Positions 1 through 8,858 of a stretch of 32,000 bases of DNA are shown here, piece after piece. The position numbers were made by a program, and so were the translations under genes. Source of the DNA: Xylella taiwanensis (GTDB taxonomy: Bacteria > Pseudomonadota > Gammaproteobacteria > Xanthomonadales > Xanthomonadaceae); assembly GCF_013177435.1 (NCBI RefSeq), contig NZ_CP053627.1, positions 2,130,001 through 2,162,000 on the forward strand, given 5' to 3'. Numbering within the stretch: position 1 is the first letter of the stretch; each line of letters begins with the position of its first letter. Below the pieces are notes generated by a model. The model saw nothing but the letters and a program-made list of their open reading frames with translations, did no database searches and was not told the origin of the DNA.

Positions 1-3000
1 TCCCGGCGAGCCTTAATAAAAGCAGAGTAGCTGTCGCGCTGCACCTGCGGTAACCCACTCGCAGTGGCCCACCCATAATTCGCACGACGCGTCGCGACAA
101 CAGGAATCGAATTAATAATGTCACCCAGCGGAGCGAAACGACGGCGGAACGGTGCGCTATTGAGTGTTACACCCTCCATGCTCTTATCACCACGCAAATA
201 ATTCACTAATTGGTTGGGCGTGACAGAACTACCGAAGTCATCAATGACACCACGTGCTGTATACCCAAGGTGGCCGAAGACCTCTGCGGCATCAGTAGCT
301 GCATCACCGCTACTACTCTGGACCAGCTTTTCGGCGACGAAAGGACGCACCACAGAGGAGCGGTTGGTTTCGTTTACATTGCTCAACGCCGTATAGATCA
401 GACGCTTCGATATCCCATTGATACCACTCGGCACACCAGCGCTTGCCAACCACAGCACATCGCCTACCATGCCATTGGGATTGATCCGATAAGCAGTCAT
501 CTCGCCCGTCCAATCTTTACCATCATTGGTGCTCGAGTAACTAGGGATCACTGCGAACGATGTACTAGAAACACTTGTCCCAACAACCGCAACCGAACCA
601 CTGCTACCCGCCTGATTCTGGATGGCCGCAAACGCTTTAGCCACCTGCTTACGCAAATAGAGCGGATTGTTCACTGGAAAATAATCAGCCAGAGCACCAT
701 TACTATCGAGGATGACGCCCTGATCATGACCATACTTGGCCGCATACCACAGTGGATCTTTTAACAACACCGCATTCGTGCCTTGAGAAGCAACAGCAAA
801 TGTTCGCGTCGCAACAGGTGGCAAGCCATTACAATCCCCAGGCATCGGAATAGCATTGCAATAACCCGGTGGATGATCAGGAGGAGTATTTAGTTTGTAG
901 GCTTGTTGTCCCGCACAGCTACTGCGCGTACCGTCATTACTGTGGCCATCAGCAAGATCGCACACTTCCAGGTACACACCGTCCTGTGTGGTCCCAGAGA
1001 TGACATAACCCATATGCTGGTCCATGGTACCAGCAGAATATTCAGTTTTGAGTGTCACCACGAGTTGATTCTTGGCATCGACGGAAATCGTGTAAAGCAC
1101 GATTACGTCCATGTCATGATCAGCGCCTTGTTCCACATCCTCGTAATTGATGCGGAACTCTGCATAGGGGCGGCCACCATTGACGGTTGCATCGTAGTCC
1201 ATCCCAGAGGAGCCGGCCATATTAGCGATACGCTGCACATAGAAATCGACGATCTGGTTGGTAGGCTGGAAATTACCAGTCGGAGAAATACCGGCACCAC
1301 GCACAGATTTGGCGAACGGTACTAGACTCACTCGACCATTGCCAACAGGAAATTCAAACTTCGGAAGCGGTGAGGCCAGTGCAACAGCATAGGTTCGTAC
1401 GAATTTGCTGCCGCCGATCTTGTGGTTGGCACCGTAGCGGGCAACCGCAGCCGAATAATAAGTGCCACGCTTGCTGGGTTCCTCAGGAGCTAACCCGCGC
1501 ACTGTGGATAAGTTGCTCACCACTTTCGGTGTTGGCGCATTATCGGAGTTGTTATTGGATTCGCCGATAAAAACCAGTTTGCTACCGCCACCCTCATCTG
1601 CCCAGATTCGATCAGCCTCTGCGGAAACGTCCAAATTGCGCAGCGAAGCAGGATCAGCCGATGCATTGAAATTGGACCAGCGCGAACCGGGCAACTTGTA
1701 ATCATAAGAGGGGTTGATATCGCTGAACACCGTCATTGTCGGCTGCGCACAGAGCGAATAACCGCCGCCTCCCTGATCGACAGACGTATACGGCGGCTTC
1801 CAACTGGGGTGCGAGAGCTGCAACGTGGCGATGTCCTGTGAACTGTCATTAATGTCGTACTCAATACGTGGCGCCGTCGCTCCTCCGAAGTAACGTAATG
1901 TTTCGTACATCATCTCAGCGATGGGATTGCCCCACATCCAACACTCGCCCTCACTCACGGGGCGCGTCGTGATCCATCCGCACCCATATGTATGGTTCTT
2001 ATAGCTGAAATCCAGCATACGGAAACTACTGATCGTATGTACGATTCCTTTGACGTCTTTCCCACTGCCGCAGTTGCCATTCAAGCAAAACTGCCCAGTC
2101 ACCTGATTAACCTCACGAGAGAAACTGGATACATTGCTGTGCAAGACACCACCAGTGATGTTCTTCTGGTATGAACCGGTCAGTAGACCAAAGTACATGC
2201 GATCGTTCTCCCCATAATCATGCAAGATTCCGGTCGGCTTATAGGACGTGTTGTTCTGATAGAGCTTACAGTTGCTCTCGCGCAGTTCCTCAGCAACAGA
2301 GCAGGTCTCAACCCGTAACGGGTAATCACTGATACCTGTGGAACCCCCACTCATACAACTGACACGCTGATTTTGGGGAGTAAAGCAATCGCTACCAGCC
2401 ACTGGCTGCTCGATCGACACCCAATTCCAAACACGGAACGTGGTATCAGCAAGTACACGTAATTGTGGAATGCCATTATCACTGAGCGTCGTCACCGCAA
2501 ACAAATGGTAATGGCCACCGCTAGGTGCACTCAGCGGAGCATACTCAGAGATGTCATAGCCATCATGCGGTACGCCGGCGTACTCCTTCCCCCAGCTATG
2601 CGCGTCTTGTGGAGTAAATGAAGCACGCAAAATAGTCTGCGTCGGCGTGTCGACTTCGCGATAACCGCCAAACAACACCTTGCGCAACGCATCCATGCGC
2701 GAAGTCGTTAAATAATTCAGGAAATCACCACTCCAGGTCCCTGCACACTTTTTTCCGTTGCTCCCTTGGGCAACAGAAACAGGCTGAAACATATCTCCGG
2801 TCGCGCGATAGCACACATTAGAGTTGTAATACCCGTAATAAGTAATCTTATCTGGCTTGTAACCAACATCCAGTACGCCATCACCGTCCAGGTCGGATGC
2901 ATCGTTGTAGGCCTCGTAGTACAACTTATGATCGCGCCCCATCACTAACATATTGAGTGGTGGAACCACATTGCGGGTGAACAACGGTGCCTGTGCGATA

Positions 3001-3098
3001 TCCAGCGGGCCAGGCGCAGTGATACCACGCCGTACAAGGAAACCGATGCCAAGCAACGTGGCACACAGCAGAACGTACTTAAGAACGTTGGTTTTCAT
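1..3098 (-). CDS. pilY1: PilY1-like type IV pilus tip adhesin/biogenesis protein; first ~1032 codons, 3' end runs off the window start
   Basis: Absent from the ORF track because it is open at the window edge. My translation from ATG 3098..3096 runs uninterrupted to position 3. It begins MKTNVLKYVLLCATLLGIGFLVRRG (signal-like), then ...GRDHKLYYEAYNDASDLDGDGVLDVGYKP.... No listed minus-strand ORF shares this frame (3098 mod 3 = 2), which fits the absence of an in-frame stop. The start lies 3 nt after the pilX stop, the canonical position in fimT-pilVWXY1 operons. Confidence 0.9.
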   Translation of the reverse strand, partial: MKTNVLKYVLLCATLLGIGFLVRRGITAPGPLDIAQAPLFTRNVVPPLNMLVMGRDHKLYYEAYNDASDLDGDGVLDVGYKPDKITYYGYYNSNVCYRATGDMFQPVSVAQGSNGKKCAGTWSGDFLNYLTTSRMDALRKVLFGGYREVDTPTQTILRASFTPQDAHSWGKEYAGVPHDGYDISEYAPLSAPSGGHYHLFAVTTLSDNGIPQLRVLADTTFRVWNWVSIEQPVAGSDCFTPQNQRVSCMSGGSTGISDYPLRVETCSVAEELRESNCKLYQNNTSYKPTGILHDYGENDRMYFGLLTGSYQKNITGGVLHSNVSSFSREVNQVTGQFCLNGNCGSGKDVKGIVHTISSFRMLDFSYKNHTYGCGWITTRPVSEGECWMWGNPIAEMMYETLRYFGGATAPRIEYDINDSSQDIATLQLSHPSWKPPYTSVDQGGGGYSLCAQPTMTVFSDINPSYDYKLPGSRWSNFNASADPASLRNLDVSAEADRIWADEGGGSKLVFIGESNNNSDNAPTPKVVSNLSTVRGLAPEEPSKRGTYYSAAVARYGANHKIGGSKFVRTYAVALASPLPKFEFPVGNGRVSLVPFAKSVRGAGISPTGNFQPTNQIVDFYVQRIANMAGSSGMDYDATVNGGRPYAEFRINYEDVEQGADHDMDVIVLYTISVDAKNQLVVTLKTEYSAGTMDQHMGYVISGTTQDGVYLEVCDLADGHSNDGTRSSCAGQQAYKLNTPPDHPPGYCNAIPMPGDCNGLPPVATRTFAVASQGTNAVLLKDPLWYAAKYGHDQGVILDSNGALADYFPVNNPLYLRKQVAKAFAAIQNQAGSSGSVAVVGTSVSSTSFAVIPSYSSTNDGKDWTGEMTAYRINPNGMVGDVLWLASAGVPSGINGISKRLIYTALSNVNETNRSSVVRPFVAEKLVQSSSGDAATDAAEVFGHLGYTARGVIDDFGSSVTPNQLVNYLRGDKSMEGVTLNSAPFRRRFAPLGDIINSIPVVATRRANYGWATASGLPQVQRDSYSAFIKARR

Positions 3099-3101
3099 GG
3101 T

Positions 3102-3596
3102 TCAAGGTCTAATAAAAATAGTGTCGATCGATGACAAGGAACTTGAAGCATCAACGGAATTACGATCCCGACTGAATACAGTGATGCGGAACATGTTGCA
3201 GCCACTCTCGGATCGATCAACACTGGCACTGGCACTGCACTGTTGCATGCAAACACTGATGTTACGCACCAGCGCCTCAGCAACCACGTCATTGCCGACA
3301 CTATTCACCCAAGCAACAGGATCATAGGGAACCGAGCAGTTCTGGTAGTCATACTCGGTTCCCGTGTTGATCACGGACTCCTGATAACGCACCAACGACT
3401 CAGCCCCCTGAAAAGCCATGTTAGCCGCGAGATAATTCGCAGACATGCGCTCCTGCATGGTTGCAATCTGCATGCCGACTATTCCAACCAACGCCAACAC
3501 CACCAACACAATCAGCGCAACGTATAGAACAGCTCCTTGCTGCGAACAGCGGCGACTTTGAAGATGCGAATCGACAAATTCTTGTGGCTTCATCAT
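3102..3596 (-). CDS. pilX: PilX-like minor pilin / type IV pilus assembly protein
   Basis: 164 aa. The N-terminus, ..SQQGAVLYVALIVLVVLALVGIVGMQ, is a hydrophobic pilin-like helix of PilX_N type. It sits between pilW and pilY1. Its ATG overlaps the pilW stop by 1 nt (TGATG). Confidence 0.8.
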   Translation of the reverse strand: MMKPQEFVDSHLQSRRCSQQGAVLYVALIVLVVLALVGIVGMQIATMQERMSANYLAANMAFQGAESLVRYQESVINTGTEYDYQNCSVPYDPVAWVNSVGNDVVAEALVRNISVCMQQCSASASVDRSESGCNMFRITVFSRDRNSVDASSSLSSIDTIFIRP

Positions 3597-4852
3597 CAGT
3601 TTCCAAATAACCGGTTGCGCAAAGCCACCGTCGTCTCGTAAACCGCACGATAGTGATCATCAGACGGTGGAGTGACATGAACCGATAGCACTGTCGGATT
3701 GACTGCCGCCTTCAGCGCATTGGCACGTTCTTGCCCACCACCACGCACCAATAATCCGATCTGCACCGCACCAACCCGGCGCCAACGCAGCACGTTACTC
3801 GCATCACCAATGATGCTTGCCGGATTCGTATGATCGATGTAGCCACTTGATGTCGCTTTGTTCAACGCTGCGGAATCTTCACCATAAAGAAATTGCAAGG
3901 ATTCCACTCCCTCGACCAACTCCTCGACGTTCGTGGACAGTTCAATCCCGGCAGGCACCGAAGTCCAATGGGCACGATACAGTGCTGGAACCCCACGGTC
4001 GTTCAAGCCGATGTAATAAGCAATCGATTCGGCACGAAACAACGTTAAATTCCCTGGGAAAAACGAGAGCGCATGATCGTAAGTACCAACGAAATCAAGT
4101 GTGGTCTTGTTCAGACCGCTGGCACTGACATTCATCCCTGTCGCAGTCGGTGCAGTACTGGACTGGAAGACACTGGCCCCATTGCAATCGGCAATGGCAT
4201 ACAAGCCGCTGCCACCGGTCGCGACTTTACTGCTCCCCTGAACCGACTCATCAGCATAAGAGATGGTAGGACTGGACGCTGGATTGAAATCCTTCAGTAT
4301 GTTTCCCTCAGGGGAAAGATAACGTAGTACTAGAACATCGCTTCCCTTGAGCGGTTTTAGAACTGCAAGTTCAGCCGGCAATACTGGATTCCAATCAGAC
4401 GCATTACCGACGACCGGGACAGCATCAAGCGACAGTGCACTGCCTCTCCCTGTACCAACCGCATCGAATCCCTCAATAGCAATGTCAAAACGCAGCGGGA
4501 ATGGTTGATTGGCAACGTTGTTGGCATTGCGATCGGTCGCATTGAGAAACAACGAACGGATATTTCCTCCATTCGGGTGGCCGTTATCATCAGCAGACAG
4601 CAGCCCTTGATCATTGATACACCCCACATGACCAGCCATGCGGATATCACGTGTCAGAAAATCCAGTGCAAAACGGCCATTCTCCTGGTTGCGTGCGATA
4701 CCTTGTGAAAGTTTGTACGCAGTCCATGAGGCAACAAACACCTGGATCACCCCGACAATCAGTATTGAACCGATCAACAGTGCGATCATCAGTTCGATTA
4801 ACGACAGCCCCCTGGTACGGAGACGGGCAAAGGCGGAGGAATAGATCGTCAT
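3596..4852 (-). CDS. pilW: PilW-like minor pilin / type IV pilus assembly protein
   Basis: 418 aa. It has a prepilin-type N-terminus, RTRG|LSLIELMIALLIGSILIVGV (G-x-x-x-x-E motif). It has a 4-nt ATGA overlap with the pilV stop and the expected operon position. Confidence 0.9.
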   Translation of the reverse strand: MTIYSSAFARLRTRGLSLIELMIALLIGSILIVGVIQVFVASWTAYKLSQGIARNQENGRFALDFLTRDIRMAGHVGCINDQGLLSADDNGHPNGGNIRSLFLNATDRNANNVANQPFPLRFDIAIEGFDAVGTGRGSALSLDAVPVVGNASDWNPVLPAELAVLKPLKGSDVLVLRYLSPEGNILKDFNPASSPTISYADESVQGSSKVATGGSGLYAIADCNGASVFQSSTAPTATGMNVSASGLNKTTLDFVGTYDHALSFFPGNLTLFRAESIAYYIGLNDRGVPALYRAHWTSVPAGIELSTNVEELVEGVESLQFLYGEDSAALNKATSSGYIDHTNPASIIGDASNVLRWRRVGAVQIGLLVRGGGQERANALKAAVNPTVLSVHVTPPSDDHYRAVYETTVALRNRLFGN

Positions 4853-5331
4853 AATCGGCTGCTCAGACTGAAAGTGCTGACTTGCTTGTTCACATCAGTC
4901 TCCCAATTTTGATCCCCCCAACGCATCGTCACGGTGACTTTCCCATTAGTCGCCAACTTTACTTCTGCACGGCCATCAGGGAGCGCGCTCACCACTTCAC
5001 AACGCCAACGTGCCATGTTGGCAACTGGGGTAGCGTTTTCAGAACGATTGCAATCGGTGCCGTCGACACCATCGAAACTTTTATAGGTGATGGCCGCGTA
5101 ATAGCCAACCACACTGCGCTGGCTACGCATGATGTCTATCAACTCGTAAGCCAAGTTACTGGCAATCGTCCGCTGCTGGGCACTTTTAGTGAAACGCACA
5201 TTCATGGTTTGCAGAAGCGCGAAACCCAGCAGACCTATGCCAAGGACGAGCAACGCGATGAGCACTTCGATCAACGAAACTCCAAGCGGACGCACAGACC
5301 ACTGCCAACAACGGTTTGAGCGCCCTCTCAT
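4849..5331 (-). CDS. pilV: PilV-like minor pilin
   Basis: Prepilin motif RPLG|VSLIEVLIALLVLGIGLLG. The track ORF starts at 5337. I prefer the ATG at 5331 because it gives an ATGA overlap with the fimT stop, matching the coupling seen elsewhere in the operon. Confidence 0.85.
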   Translation of the reverse strand: MRGRSNRCWQWSVRPLGVSLIEVLIALLVLGIGLLGFALLQTMNVRFTKSAQQRTIASNLAYELIDIMRSQRSVVGYYAAITYKSFDGVDGTDCNRSENATPVANMARWRCEVVSALPDGRAEVKLATNGKVTVTMRWGDQNWETDVNKQVSTFSLSSRL

Positions 5332-5840
5332 TGGCACACACCCTTGTCCACCTTCGCTTGACCGGTCGCGGTGATAGTGACGGTACGCTGTAATGGTTGG
5401 CCTTCGCAGTCATCAGGACGGAGCGTCACCACTTGATTGTTCGATCCACGCCGCAACCCATGAGCATCAAAAGCAATAGGCAACGCATTGAGCGCTGATA
5501 CTGACAATTGAGGACTGCCCTGAACGTAGCGCAAGACCGCCTCGCCCTTGTCGAAAATGCCATTACCGTTGGCATCATTCCAAACCAACCAACCCTGACT
5601 CCATTGATCACCGCACGTATCGCCATTAGCACTTGGACACACACCACCACCATGCGCGCTGCACACCGCCTCACTGCGTGCCAACGCGATAGAACTTATC
5701 AGTTCATTGGTCCTGGACGAAACTCGAGTCGAGCGGATGAGACTGTGGAAACTGGGAAACGCCATCGCCGCCAAAACAGCGACGACAACAACCGCGATCA
5801 TTAGCTCCATTATCGTGAAGCCGCGCACATCGTGTGGCAT
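5328..5840 (-). CDS. fimT: FimT/FimU (GspH-family) minor pilin
   Basis: 170 aa. N-terminus MPHDVRG|FTIMELMIAVVVVAVLAAMAFPSF carries the prepilin peptidase motif G-F-T-x-x-E. It is the first gene of the minor-pilin operon. Confidence 0.85.
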   Translation of the reverse strand: MPHDVRGFTIMELMIAVVVVAVLAAMAFPSFHSLIRSTRVSSRTNELISSIALARSEAVCSAHGGGVCPSANGDTCGDQWSQGWLVWNDANGNGIFDKGEAVLRYVQGSPQLSVSALNALPIAFDAHGLRRGSNNQVVTLRPDDCEGQPLQRTVTITATGQAKVDKGVCQ

Positions 5841-5921
5841 CTGAATGCTCCACAGCGTTAATGTCTAAAACTATCGCTGTAAAGCAGACACTGTCAGCAC
5901 ATTACAGAGCAAACACTGTCG

Positions 5922-5930
5922 GACAAACGG
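5922..5930 (-). promoter_or_regulatory. CCGTTTGTC 9-mer (AlgR-core-like) about 85 nt upstream of the fimT start
   Basis: Plus strand reads gacaaacgg, so the fimT sense strand reads CCGTTTGTC. It is flanked by two direct copies of ACACTGTC (5888..5895 and 5913..5920). Assigning it to AlgR rests only on my memory of the P. aeruginosa consensus. Confidence 0.25.
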
Positions 5931-5984
5931 TCAGTGGCAACCGACAAACGTTAAACAACTGCTACTTCAATCGCTTTCCAGTCC

Positions 5985-7379
5985 TCAGGCCAAGACTTGG
6001 TAACAAGGCTTATACTCTCCGGCAAGCTTCATCCGACGCTGTTCGACAAACGCGAACAGCAGCGCATCCAACGCTTGCATCATTGACGGATCGCCATGAA
6101 TCCGGAATGGGCCAAACTGTTCGATCTGACGGATACCATCTTCCTTGACGTTACCAGCCACGATGCTGGAGAACGCCCGGCGCAAGTCTGCCGCTAACGC
6201 GTGCGCCGGACGGCCATGATGCAAGTCCAACGCAGCGACAGCCTCATGGGTGGGCACGAACGGCTGCTGAAACTCGAACGGGATATGTAACGACCAATTG
6301 AAATAATAAGCATCCTTACGTTCCTTACGGAATTCGCGTACCTGGCGGATGCCATCGCTCATCTTGCGTGCCACAGTAATCGGGTCGCCGATCACGATCT
6401 GATATCGCGACAGCGCTTCATCGCCCAAAGTCAAGCGAATGAAGCGGTCAATCTGCTCAAAATACGGCACGGCGGTGGCCGGACCTGTCAGGATCAACGG
6501 AAACGGTAGCTCGCGGTTTTCATCACGCAACAGCAAGCCCAGCAAGTACAAAATCTCTTCGGCAGTGCCCACGCCACCGGGGAACACAATGATGCCGTGG
6601 CCAATGCGGACAAAAGCCTCCAGGCGCTTCTCGATATCCGGCATGATCACCAAATGATTGACAATCGGGTTTGGCGATTCGGCTGCGATGATGCCGGGCT
6701 CGGTAATGCCGATGTAGCGAGTGTCATGGCGACGCTGCTTAGCGTGCGCGATCGTGGCGCCCTTCATCGGTCCCTTCATCGCACCGGGACCGCACCCTGT
6801 GCAGATGTTCAAGCCACGCAAGCCAAGCGCATAGCCAACCTGCTTGGTGTACAGATATTCATTGCGCGAGATCGAGTGACCTCCCCAGCACACGACCAAA
6901 TTGGGTTCTGCAGACGCCTGCAAAATGCGAGCATTGCGCAACTGCGCGAACACCGCATTGGTGATGCCATTCCCAGTCCCCAGGTCAGCGGCATCACTCG
7001 ATGCGAGATCAACCGCTATATAGGTCAAGTCGCGAACAACCGCAAACAGCAGATCAGCCACACCACAGATGATCTCATCATCTACAAATGCGATTGCGGG
7101 CGCATGGCTGAGCTCAATACACACACCACGATCGCGCTGTATCACATGAATGTCGAAATCCGGATATAGATCGCGGATGGCGCGTGGATCATCCGAAGCG
7201 CTACCACTGGTCAGGACCGCCAATGCGCAACGGCGCAACAACTCGTGTATCCCCCCGCTGGAAACATCGCGCAGCCGTGCCACCTCCACTCGCGACAACA
7301 GATCCAAACCGCTACCTGGGTAGATCCTGGCATCCACCACTGTGCGCTCGCGCACCATCACCTCACTGCCGTGTTTCAT
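5985..7379 (-). CDS. ppnN: Pyrimidine/purine nucleotide 5'-monophosphate nucleosidase (LOG-family, PpnN/YgdH)
   Basis: 464 aa, colinear with E. coli PpnN as I remember it. Shared motifs include NLVVCWGGHSI, LNICTGCGPGAMKGPMKGA, IMPDIEKRLEAFVRI, FPGGVGTAEE and LAADLRRAFSSIVAGNVKE. An AGGTG Shine-Dalgarno lies 5 nt upstream of the ATG. Confidence 0.9.
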   Translation of the reverse strand: MKHGSEVMVRERTVVDARIYPGSGLDLLSRVEVARLRDVSSGGIHELLRRCALAVLTSGSASDDPRAIRDLYPDFDIHVIQRDRGVCIELSHAPAIAFVDDEIICGVADLLFAVVRDLTYIAVDLASSDAADLGTGNGITNAVFAQLRNARILQASAEPNLVVCWGGHSISRNEYLYTKQVGYALGLRGLNICTGCGPGAMKGPMKGATIAHAKQRRHDTRYIGITEPGIIAAESPNPIVNHLVIMPDIEKRLEAFVRIGHGIIVFPGGVGTAEEILYLLGLLLRDENRELPFPLILTGPATAVPYFEQIDRFIRLTLGDEALSRYQIVIGDPITVARKMSDGIRQVREFRKERKDAYYFNWSLHIPFEFQQPFVPTHEAVAALDLHHGRPAHALAADLRRAFSSIVAGNVKEDGIRQIEQFGPFRIHGDPSMMQALDALLFAFVEQRRMKLAGEYKPCYQVLA

Positions 7380-8286
7380 GCATCACCTGTGCTGTCCTAC
7401 CAAATGGCAACAATGTAGCGCACTCCTCAGCATACCCAACACAGACCAGCAGATGTCACACAACGTCAACAATGGCGATCAACGTTGTGAAGGGCTATGC
7501 ACCTCATTGACCTGCAGGGTCGTCGGCAAGTACACACCATTTTCGGCGTACACACTGATCACAGAGATCCCTTAGACGTACTTGCCATGAGATGCACCAA
7601 CCACAGATGCGGCAACATGATCACTGGGATAGTGCGGTTCCACGAAAATCTCCACAGAGACGCGAATCACTCTGCACCCAGTTAAAACGCTTGACGGATG
7701 ACAGGACACGAAGAACGCTGCCGCTGTCATCCAGCCGTGATTACGCGATATATCTGCCTGTGTTGCTGCGGACAAGCAACTAGCTCCACGGATCGACACG
7801 TTGCCCTCTGAATACATTCCAAGGCGCTCCGTACGCCTCAAACGATGCCGTGCGGCCCAGACAAATTTCGTAACTGCTGCCCATGATGGTTTGCAAGGGA
7901 TGGTGTCTGCTTCAAACCTAAACATAAGTCGTCATCAAGCAAGACAAGATAGGCACCGTACTGGCACGTCGTCATTGGCCACTGCAACTGCCATGCGGAA
8001 TTTTGCTGCTGGAGCGCCAGTGAACTCATGACCTACGGCCAACCTCCATATCAATATCTGTTCTGTCATGCCTGTGCTTATATCCGCCTTGTATCACTCT
8101 TCACCTGATCAAAAGTACACCCGACAGCACACCAGTCACCACTGTACGGTGATGGGCGAATAGACCAAGTATCGATCCGATCCTGGATCGTTGCAGAACA
8201 TTACATGCATCACGCCCAAAATCGCCTGTTGAACAAGACTGAATTGCAAGCCTGCAACGCACCATTGGATGGACCGCATCCGCGAT

Positions 8287-8314
8287 ACGCCCTACGCCCT
8301 ACGCCCTACGCCCT
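8287..8314. repeat. Perfect heptanucleotide microsatellite (ACGCCCT)x4
   Basis: Read directly: acgccct acgccct acgccct acgccct. It lies in ORF-poor DNA. Confidence 0.95.
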
Positions 8315-8858
8315 GCATGCAGTGCATTGTTACAACAGTTAGACTGATGCACTGCACATCGCCGTGCACTGTTATTCCTGAGCGCATCCGCGCAATGGAC
8401 GTTGTGGTATCGGTGTAGATGACGGATGTCATGTTCTTGATCGTCTCTAAGGTATTAAAGAACATGGAGCGGCGATACACGCTCAGTACGATTGGATCAG
8501 CGATCCCTGGGTCAAATGACAACACCTATGCATCAAACGCCGTCGCAACCGATAACCAGCGGCGCAAGATACATCGCTTCAAACACCATCTCTATACACC
8601 ATATACGTGGGATGGACTATGACATCCGTGACAGATGTTTGCACCTGTTCCTAGAAGAACGTTGCACGCCGTTTTACCTCACGGCGTGCATGACAACCAG
8701 GTTCACAAGACTAGCCCAGTACGGCACTCATTTGGCCTCGTGATCTGACGAGATGTGTAGCTCTCGCTACCCAAGCGACTCTGGTCCATCCCAGCCACAC
8801 GTCAACTTCAAGAATCCGACCTCTTGCCCAAGGGGCGCTACAGCAAGCACCACGTACC

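Noticed and set aside
6597-7169. Long antisense or alternate-frame ORFs lie inside confident genes. Examples are 6597-7169(+) in ppnN, 17219-17746(+) in bamB, 27850-28329(+) in purA, 4882-5319(+) in pilV and 16288-16752(+) in der. Others are 20860-21285(+) in rlmN, 15141-15602(+) in the E1-like gene, and 210-764(+) and 903-1325(+) in pilY1.
   Set aside because: These are typical shadow ORFs opposite or overlapping well-supported genes. They have low-complexity Arg/Ser/Thr/His-rich translations, no Shine-Dalgarno and no family resemblance.
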